Source: Podarcis filfolensis (taxonomy: Eukaryota). Taken from it: a stretch of DNA of 64,000 nt. A program made the translations under genes and the position numbers. Positions 49,589-59,261 of the stretch are shown in pieces (position 1 is the stretch's first letter; each line of letters starts with the position of its first letter). The DNA is taken from the NCBI GenBank assembly GCA_964270895.1, contig OZ185441.1. One strand, given 5' to 3'. Under the pieces are notes generated by a model, which did no database searches, had not been told where the DNA came from, and saw nothing but the letters and a program-made list of their open reading frames with translations.

Positions 49589-51052
49589 CTAGAAGCTTCT
49601 CCCCAACTCATTTTCAGATTATGGAAAGGTATAGTATGTCTGGAACAATTCCAGCCTAAGCAGCCTGAACCTATGTCTTTGCACTAAACAGGCAGCCCTA
49701 AGGGCTAACAGAAAAGGACTGCCCTCTCCCTTCCTGCTAAAGATTATCAAAAGTTTTTCTCTAGTCCCACACGTTCCAGATGTTGTTGCCATTATCCTGA
49801 TCAGAGAATATAAAATGGATGCTCATGTGAAACTTGTATTCATGGACTGATAAACCTCAGAGATATCAAAATTACTTGCAACAGAAGTCTCTAATGGATC
49901 AGAATTGCCATGTTCAAAACTTCTCAAGAATTAACTATTAGGAGATCTAATTCAGCAGTCTGACACTGGGTATCTTGATGTCTTCCTCTTGGGTAAAAAG
50001 GATGTGGTATTCTATCCCATCTTGATTTACTGGGGTTTTTTTTTATAATCCCATGTTGCAGCTCTTTACCATGAGCCATCTATTGTTCCACATCCCAGTT
50101 ATACCCTTTGGTGTTACATAATCTGAAATCTATTACAACAGTATTTCTTGGTCCCAGAAAATCCTTTGAATTTCAATAAAAACATTAGACTCACCTCTAA
50201 GCAATGGCGAACACGGAAAGAGGCCACCACAAGGAAGGAAAGAAGCAGCCACTCATCCAAGAACCAGTTTTCCTGGAGCAGGTGGGGGGCAGCTTTTATT
50301 CACAACCCATTTTCACTCGTTGACAACAAAATGAACAACGAATTGCATACAAAGCAGAGGAAGGAAGAAATGCAGAAGCTAGCAAATATCCTTGGAAGGC
50401 TCATGCTTTATACAGACGTGTGCACAAAATCCCACTCAATTCCAGGCAGAAGTGGATGAGAATGAATTATTCTGCAGACCCTGAAGACGTGCTGCCAATC
50501 AGAGCAGGTCATGATAGACTGGATGGCCAATGGTCTGATTCAGTATAAAGCAGTTTCAAATGCCCAGTGTCTTTGTGTAGGGGCAGACCTTGTTCATGTG
50601 AGAGACACCCCTAACAATGGAGCTGGAAAAAGGGAAGCTGATAACATTTCAATCCCCCCACCCAAAAAATAATTCTACCAGAAAAGGAAAGTAAAAAGGA
50701 CATGACAGTTCACAGCAGTTTTACCAGGGAACGCCATGTGAATCTTGGCAATGTGAATGGGAAGATGGAAGTTTTTCCTTCTGGAAGTACATATGGCACC
50801 TAAGGGTGTGCAGATGAAGAATGAAAACAGTGATGATGCATAACTGACATAAAGGGGGAGAAGATTCCAAAAAGGAGCTGAGTTAATGGAATATAATAAA
50901 ATAAATGAAACTTGAATAGAAAGACAAATGGAGGCTAAGGAATTTACTTGGAAGTAAAACTGTATCAAACAGTGTGTATTGGCACAGGATTATTAAAAAC
51001 ATTTACTTGAAAACATAAAAGGTAATAGTCTGATTCTCCAGTTCAAAACTCA

Positions 51053-51076
51053 GTCACAAGGTGTCACTGTTGTTTA
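51053..51076 (+). promoter_or_regulatory. CSE/CTCF-type promoter element of V7
   Basis: GTCACAAGGTGTCACTGTTGTTTA, 233 bp upstream of the ATG. CACT core. Confidence 0.75.
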
Positions 51077-51285
51077 AGGAGTTTTTTAGGAAGACTGAAA
51101 ATTCAGAGCTCCTCCCTCAAAGGTGCTGAATATCCTGTCAAATACACAGCAGAGACATCAAACATTAGCTGCAATACCAGAGTCAACTGATCTCTTAGCC
51201 ACTGGTTTGGAGGAACGTCTTGGACTCTGCTCATCACTTCCTCAAAAAAGGCAAGACATTGCTGGGATTTGTATCTGAATTTGTC

Positions 51286-53655
51286 ATGCTTGCATGGAAG
51301 ACAAATTCTGGAAAGAGATGTCTACTGCAGCTGGTTCTTCTCCACACAGCCTGGTTAATGGGGAGCGGCCAGCTCCATTATTCTGTGCCAGAGGAATCCC
51401 AGCATGGCACCTTTGTGGGCCGCATCGCCCAGGACCTGGGGCTGGAGGTGGGAGAGCTGGTGCCTCGGCTGTTTCGAATGGTGTCCAAAGGACAGGAGGA
51501 GTATTTTGAGGTAAATGTTCAGAATGGGATTTTATTTGTGAATTCCCGGATAGACAGGGAGGAGTTGTGTGACAGGAGCGCTGTGTGTGTTATTCACCTG
51601 GAGGCCCTTGTAGATAAACCCCTGAAGGTTTTCCACGTGGAAGTGGAGATCACCGACATAAATGACAATGCCCCCATTTTCCCTGTAACAGAAAAGCAAT
51701 TTACTATTGCAGAGTCTAGCTCTCGTGATTCACGTTTTCCTCTAGAGGGAGCCTCTGATGCAGACATCAGTGCAAACTCGCTCCTTAGCTACAGACTTAG
51801 CACAAATCCACATTTCAGTCTAGAGACAATAGAAAATCATGAACGTGGTGCATCTTTATTTCTTGTTTTAAACAAACCTCTTGATAGAGAAGAATGTGCA
51901 GCTCACCATCTTTTACTCACAGCAGTTGATGGAGGCCAGCCCCAGCTCACTGGCACCGTCCAGCTGATAATCAAAGTGCTGGACGCAAATGACAATCCTC
52001 CTGTATTTAACCAGTCAGTTTATAAAGTCCATTTATTAGAAAACTCAGAGAATGGGCTATTAGTAATTAAGCTAAATGCTACCGATTTAGATGAGGGAAC
52101 AAATAAGGAGATCACATATACATCAAGCACTTTTTCTCCTGCAAATGGAAAAGAAAAGTTTGTACTTGATCAAAAGACTGGTGAGATTCACGTGAAAGGA
52201 AATCTGGATTTTGAAGACAAGAATTTTTATGAAATACAAGTTGAGGCTAAAGACATGGGGAATCCCCCGTTATCAGGGCATTGCAAAGTTTTGATTGAGG
52301 TTCTAGATGTAAATGATAATGCACCTGAAATTTCAGTGATGTCTCTGCTGGTACCCGTTCCAGAGGACTCCCCTCTGGGGATGGTGGTGGCCCTGATAAG
52401 CATATCAGACAGGGATATTGATGCCAATGGACAAGTGAGCACTTCCTTATGGCCACATGGAACCCCCTTCAAGCTACTTTCCACCTTCAAGAATTACCAT
52501 TCACTGTTGCTAGCTGAGCCCCTGGATAGAGAACAAGAGGCTGAGTATAGGCTGGTAGTGACTGCCCAGGATCAAGGGACTCCATCACTGTCAGCCAGCA
52601 GCACCTTGGTGGTGCCCATCAGTGATGTGAATGACAATGCACCTGCTTTTGCTCAGCCCTCCTACACGGTCTTTGTGAAGGAGAACAACCCACCGGGTGC
52701 TCACATCTTCACAGTGTCTGCTTCAGACCCAGATGTGGCTGAGAACAGCCTGATCAGCTACTGGCTGGACGAAAAGCTCTGGCCCCTGACAAGCTACATC
52801 TCGGTGCATTCAGAGAGTGGGAAGCTCTATGCTCTTCAGCCCTTGGACTATGAGGAGGTGAAGCTGCTGGAGTTCCAAGTGAGGGCCAAGGATGCTGGGC
52901 TGCCCTCCCTGTGTGGCAATGTGACGGTGCAAGTCTTTGTGGTGGATGAGAATGATAACACGCCTGTAGTGTATGGGACAGAAGTGATTCCCATCTCTTT
53001 GACTGTTCCTGTGACTGCTGGACAGGTGGTGGGCAAGATCCATGCCATGGATGCTGACTCTGGCTACAATGCATGGCTGCGCTATGAGATGCACGAGGCA
53101 ATCAGCAGCCCTTGGCGTGTGGGATTATACAGCGGGGAGATCAGCGCCGCACGTTCCCTGGATGACGCAGAGGGCAGCTACAGCCAAAGGCTTCTCGTTC
53201 TAGTGAAGGACCATGGCAAGCCAGCTTTGTCATCCACAGCTACTTTGAGTGTGTCCATGGTGATGAATTCCCAGGCTGTCCATGGCGACGCTCACCTTTC
53301 AAGGAAGGGAGGTAGTCCAAAGCCACTGGGGGAAAATGCCAATGTTTACTTGATCATTGCTATCTGCTCGGTGTCCAGCTTATTCCTGCTGGCGATCATA
53401 GTATACATGGCACTGCGATGCCATTGCCAGGCCAAGGAGGCCGTGGTGTACGGTCCTGGGACAGCCACACTAGTCTGCGCCAGCGAAGTTGGCAGCTGGT
53501 CATATTCAAATCGTCACAGCCATCTTCTGGCGGGCATGAGTGGGGAGGCTGGTGCCAAGAGTGACCTCATGGTCTTCAGCCCCAGCATTCCGGCCTGTGT
53601 GGAAAATGGGCAAGTGGGAGTTGTGAAGGAACCAGTTCCAAATTCATCTGAGCAG
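51286..53655 (+). CDS. PCDHA: Protocadherin-alpha variable exon V7
   Basis: 790 codons from the first ATG (51286; the track start 51220 is TTG). Phase-0 donor CAG|GTGAGT at 53655/53656. Confidence 0.93.
51739..51752 (+). promoter_or_regulatory. Exonic CTCF-like site in V7 EC2
   Basis: CCTCTAGAGGGAGC in codons PLEGA. Confidence 0.5.
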
Positions 53656-54134
53656 GTGAGTTATAAGAATTGATACTATGATCAATGAAAAAACTACTAT
53701 GAAAAACCTATTCCGTTTTGGCATGTGTGACATGGTTGGGTATTTGATTTTTTAATAATTAAAAGCATTACTTTGATTCACACTTATGATTTTTGGTAGA
53801 CTTTAATGAGAATGTTGCAGGGGTAAAGGTAGTGTTATTCTTATTTTATAGGCAAATGCCATTGGCCTCATTCCACTTATACCTGTGAAGATGATCTTTT
53901 GGATGTAAAAACAGCCAGTGTTTTTGCTGTTGTTGGGAGCAAGAATATGCGCCAGCATACCCCTGAAACATGCTTCTCTTTCTGTTCAGAGTATTTGGAC
54001 AACCAGTGCTTGACTGTGTTTAATATTGGTTATTTGGTTTTTGAATTAAAATAAGGAACAGTGTAGCAAATTAGTTGTGGCCAAGTATCGAGCATTAACG
54101 AAACCTCAAACCATTCCTCAAACCTACACAGGAA

Positions 54135-54545
54135 GTTAGTTAGTTTAGTTTATTACGGCCATAGGCCCATATTCAATACATCATACAGCAAAACAGGTAT
54201 AACAAGATAAAATTAATAAATTAAAATACGTTAAAATCAGGTACATCTCAAACCGTAAGTTTCTAAATTCCATTAAAATAAGAATATAGCACTTAAAATA
54301 TCAAATTATCAATATATATCAATATTATTTGAGCAAAATCAATAATCATAAATCCATTTTTCCTCTTATAAGCTAATACTGTTATCAGAAATCTGGCAAC
54401 AGAGAGGGACCTACTCGGATCAGAATCTTGCAATAAATATATTAGCTGTGTTTCCAAGGAGTCACCTGGGATTTCCGATAATAAAGGGGACAAGAATCTG
54501 ATCCGAGAAACTGAATGTAGTGAACAACAGAATAGTATATGTTGT
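54135..54545 (-). mobile_element. 5'-truncated LINE 3' end with 13-bp TSD (RTEX/Rex-Babar/L2-like, clade uncertain)
   Basis: TSD ACCTACACAGGAA at 54122-54134 and 54546-54558. The minus-strand frame QHILFCCSLHSVSRIRFLSPLL...IYLL...VARFL resembles a LINE ORF2 C-terminus. (AACT)n-like tail. Confidence 0.75.
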
Positions 54546-55829
54546 ACCTACACAGGAATGAAGGACAAGTTTAGATGATCCACCTTCAGAAAGAGGAGGC
54601 TCTGAATGGTTTCTATTCCATTTTTGGTGACTTTCCTCATGACATGGCAAGTGGTTCTGTCAAATCCCTGGTCAGTTTGTGCCATCTCCCACTACCTAAA
54701 GTCCATTTAGGTCCTTCATTTTTCTGGAGTTCATTTTGGACCTTACTCTGTGGTAGATATAGTAACAAAGAAATTATTTCCCCACCACCATGCACATCTG
54801 TGTCCAGCACATCTGTTTATGTGGTGAGAGAGCTGCTTCATGTGGGTTTTCAGACAGATCTTATGACGCCTCAGCAACCTCTGGCGATATTTTTGCTAAG
54901 CACCTCAAGGATAAAATTGCTCATGTTTGTACTGATATGGCTGTGGCGCTGAGTTTAGTAAATTACCCGTTGTTCTATGGTCTTGCCGATATTGTGTAGA
55001 TGTGTTCCATTTATTATAGTCTAAGGATGCTGAAAGGTTGCTTGGAGTTTTAATTTAGTCATTTAGTGTATATTTATATTGACCACCCATTAGCACAGTT
55101 TTTGGGGTGGCTCACAAAGGTAAAGTGATAAAATGCACACAAACATGCATGCAACAGCAACAAAAATAGTGTGACTCGACAATTTTTGCTCTTTCTCACT
55201 TATAATATTTTCTCATCAAGATATGATGGGTACACTCCAGGAAATCGTGAATGTGTCACTGAAAGAGGTAGCCTGGGAGTAGCCACTGGGTATATCCTTT
55301 GGGTTTCTACACAATGTGCTTCAGATGTTGGTGAGGTAGAAAAAAAGCCCTCTCTTGAAGATCTTAAAATGTATGCAGGCTAATATGGAAGAATATAATG
55401 TTTCAGATAACCAGGTCCACCTCCAACATCTGAGCATTCAGATCTGAATCCTAGAGTGTAACCAAACTGCAAAGCTGAGTCTTCAAGCAAAGTAGAACCA
55501 CATCCAAGGCAGGTTGAGCCCCATTTCTCCAGCTTGCCTTTCTATTGGCCAGGAGCTTCTCTGGCTGAATCTACAGTTTGTGCACCATCTTCCAGTCCAT
55601 TACTAACATCAGACACTAATTCTGAAGGCAGTTTCCTTGGATTTAAATGGAAAAAAAGAAATAGAGTTGGGTGGCATCAGCATATTGGTGATAATGAACC
55701 CCCAAACTCCTGGACACCTGACCCAGCAGTTTCATGAAATGTGAGGAAACAATGTGGAATTTTGACAGACACACTATAGGCCATTGGCCAAAGCCTTAAA
55801 CAGGAGTCCTCCAGCACCATGTTCTGAAA

Positions 55830-55945
55830 CTTTCCCTCTAAGAAGAAACAGATCTACTGTAAAACAATGCCTTCCAGTCTCATCACAGCCAGGCAGTCCT
55901 GAAGGATACCATGGTCAATAGTGCCTAAGCTGCAAAGGGATCCAG
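55830..55945 (-). mobile_element. L2 RT fragment
   Basis: Translation GTIDHGILQDCLAVMRLEGIVLQ resembles the RT motif DTIDHGILL.RL...GL.G.VLQW. Confidence 0.45.
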
Positions 55946-57595
55946 CAGAACCAACAGGATGGATTTTCTTATTTGATTGCAGAAATAATTTTGAATATAG
56001 TTTTTCAAACACAGACACAGAACTGGACCATTTAAGGAAACACCAGAGACTACATGCCAAATTCACTTACCTGGGAATAACTCCAATCAAACTACATAGG
56101 GATTACTTCTGGGTAGCCATGTAAAGGACTGCACTGTTAGAGGGCCATAATCTCTCTCTAGTTTATACTCCTGTCTATATATTTTTGTGAATATACCCTT
56201 GCTGAATAAAATCTTCCAGTTTCCTTAAGCCACCTTTAACCAACTTCCTTGCCACTGATAATAAAGTAAACGTAAAAGTATACATGAATTTATATTTGGT
56301 GTACGTGAAGTAAAAAAGGAATCACTTTGGAATATACCTAATTAAAATACAGTCACAACCACATTTAAAAGAAAAAGCTCAATATAAATGCATGATAGAA
56401 ACCAGGAAGAAAGTATACGGTAACTTACAATAACTTACAAATATATGACAACTTACAATTTAATAAACAGCACCTAGCACTGTTGTTATATCCCACCTTT
56501 TTCCCTGACAGGGACTCAGGGTGACTGACGAGTGTTAGAAGGCAAATCCATTTACAGTTGTGTCTTCTTCATTTTCTATTACAGCATCACACCAAAACTA
56601 AAAGAGCCTCATAAAATAAAAAGAGAATGCCTATAGTTCTTGGCTAAAATTTTATCTTGCATTAAAACTGTTCTTCTTGGCTAAATTAACATTCCTTGCA
56701 GTGTAATCCTAAACATGTTTGTTCGATAGCAATAACAGAAAGTTCCACCATGTTGGATGGGGCGTACTCCCAGGAAATGTGCATAGGACTATAGCCTTAA
56801 TTGATTCCTCTACCAATGACAACATCTGTGCCCATTCTCACCAGTTAAATCAGTGAGATCTGGGCTGGATGTCTGAGCCTCTGAGGTGGCAGATAAGAGG
56901 GGTGTGCATGACCTCCATGATACACCAAGTATGTATCTTGGCATTTTTGAAAATTCTGATCTGTTTTTGAGTCGTGCTCTGTTCTCTCTGATTCAGTCTG
57001 TAATTTGGGTTGGAGCTGCTCTGTATAAAACAAGCCTCTCTGTTCCGCCTTCACTATAACAGAAAATCTGAAAATGGCTACAACTTTCCTTTTTTTGGCC
57101 AAGGTGGATGAAATTTACAGGCGCAGGAGCCCCCCACCCCACCCCCAATGGATCAAGCCTGTCAAATTGCAGAATACTTCCAGGGGCTTTTTGTGGTGGA
57201 AGTAAAAGGGATTCAGTTTCCTCCATAATCCCATTGACGTGTGTGTGTGTGTGCAGGTGTTTGCCTCTTGCTCTTTCTTACCTTAAAATAATTAATAGGT
57301 GACTGACTGCTGTGTATTCTTGCATGCGTTTTTTAAAAACCTTGCAGCTTTACACATGCTTTTCCAATTCTTGTTTGTGTTCTCTGATAGGCCTTATAAT
57401 GTGAGGCTGTCTCCAACAGGGCCCTCAGTGTTCTGAAGAACTCTGGAGATTTCTTTGCTAAAACCAAACAACATTGGGATTCCCCCCCCCCCCGCCCAAA
57501 CATAACTTTTTTTAAAAAAAAACCCCACTGCTGTGCTGTAACAAAAGAAAAAGGAAATTCCTGAGCTCTTTATTGATCTGTAGGCAACAATTTCA

Positions 57596-57742
57596 GACCC
57601 TCCAAGTGTCCCTATGTTGCAGGGACAGTCCAGGATTTACAACAGCCATCTCGGTTTCTGATTTGATCCCAGAATTGATCCTGGAATGTCCTGCTTTTCC
57701 TTAGAGTGCCCTTATTTTCATTGGAGAAATGTTGGTGGGTAT
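57596..57742. mobile_element. Short lizard repeat, MITE-like
   Basis: Ends GACCCTCCAAG... / ...GTTGGTGGGTAT resemble a common lacertid short repeat. From recall only. Confidence 0.35.
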
Positions 57743-59050
57743 AAACTTTTCTGGGACAAATGGCATATAAATATTTTAAAATAGTAATAAATAAAAAAAT
57801 AAGAGAGGTCAGCAGCAAGGCAGTCACGTGTATGTGCTGCATTAGTAGCTTGCAAGTAAAAGCAGATATTGCTACTTTCTAATGAAACATGGTATATATT
57901 ACCATTTTTAATATTTTTATATTAAAATACAGACAATTATTTTATTGTTTATTTTAATTCAAAACACAACCGAGGCCTAGAGCCTCTATCAACTATCAGC
58001 CATCTTCTCAATAATGCAAACATCAACTGGGGTAGTTCTTCTTGCCCTTCTGCTTGGGGACAGTACAATTATTAACGAATTACTTCCCTAGTACTTTTGT
58101 ATTCTTTTAACCACTGTAATGCATAAGTGCAGGAGGATGCAAAGAATGACTCAATAATATCCTTAAAAACTATTATCCTGTTGAATCTAGGATAGTGGGA
58201 TTTGTATTTCTTTTTTATGATTATTTTTTTAAAGGGAAGGAACACTAATTTTCAAGTCAGTCAATGTGGTGTGGTGGTTAGAAAGTTAAGGGCACTGGGA
58301 ATTGTAGCTTGGGGGTGGAAACTACAGTTTTTAGAATTCTTTGAGGGAAGTCACATGCTTTAAATGTATGTTGTGTACGTAGCCTTTGTCTAGCAATTTC
58401 TGTATTATTGTTTTGGCTCTCAATGACCTTACCTGGCAAGATGGAATAGGCTGGGTTGCAAATAAATTATGGGCTGTGTCCCTAGTTTGAGGTTCTAAAA
58501 TAATTTTAGTTGGATCCAGTAGGGTTTTTCCAATGTTCTCTGGCTAATTTTTTAATGTGTCAGTTCTCTGCCTGTCACACACTGTGCCTTTGCTGTGTAG
58601 AGTGATTGGGCAAAGAGAGAAGGCCGCTGGACACGGTGGTCCCAGAAGTAATGCCTAGTTGATCTCTTGTGAAGGAATGCAGTTGACTCAGTATCTCAGA
58701 CCTCTACAGTGTAAACTTCTCAACAGTTTGGTATGCCTTGTGATAACAGCATAAAAGTCTTCTAGTGTAAGTAGTTGAAAATGTAACCTGTGGAAGCCAC
58801 AATACTCTGACTGAGTTCTATTTTGGATAATTGAAATCAACATGTACTCTACCTAATTGTTTGATTCTACTATGATTATTCAAAAATATTACAACTATAT
58901 ACCAAAAAACACACAAGTTAACTTTGCAAGGAAAAACGTCAGAAAATAATAGCAACGAACTACACATATATTTCAGAAGGAAATTATGAAATTAATCTAA
59001 GAATTGAGGAAAATTTAAAATAAAATACCTGTGTGGCATTTATACCAATT

Positions 59051-59074
59051 GTCACAAGATGTCGCTACCCACTG
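59051..59074 (+). promoter_or_regulatory. CSE/CTCF promoter element of V8 (canonical CGCT core)
   Basis: GTCACAAGATGTCGCTACCCACTG, 211 bp upstream of the ATG. One mismatch to the V2 element. Confidence 0.85.
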
Positions 59075-59261
59075 AAAATCAAAATACTCTTTTCAGGCAG
59101 AGATCAAAGCCCCTCCCAGCAATTCAGAAAGAACAAGAGACTGCAAGAAGCTCAGGGTGATGGCATGGAGACTGCAGCATAACAATTGCCTATTTCCCAC
59201 CATTTTATGCTGATGCTGGAGAGTGGATTAATTTTTTTCCAAAGCAGGGATAAAACCTACC

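Noticed and set aside
26440-51285. N-terminal extensions from GTG/TTG starts in the ORF track (26440, 34302, 43626, 51220)
   Set aside because: Non-ATG starts. The first in-frame ATGs give signal peptides comparable to the other paralogs.
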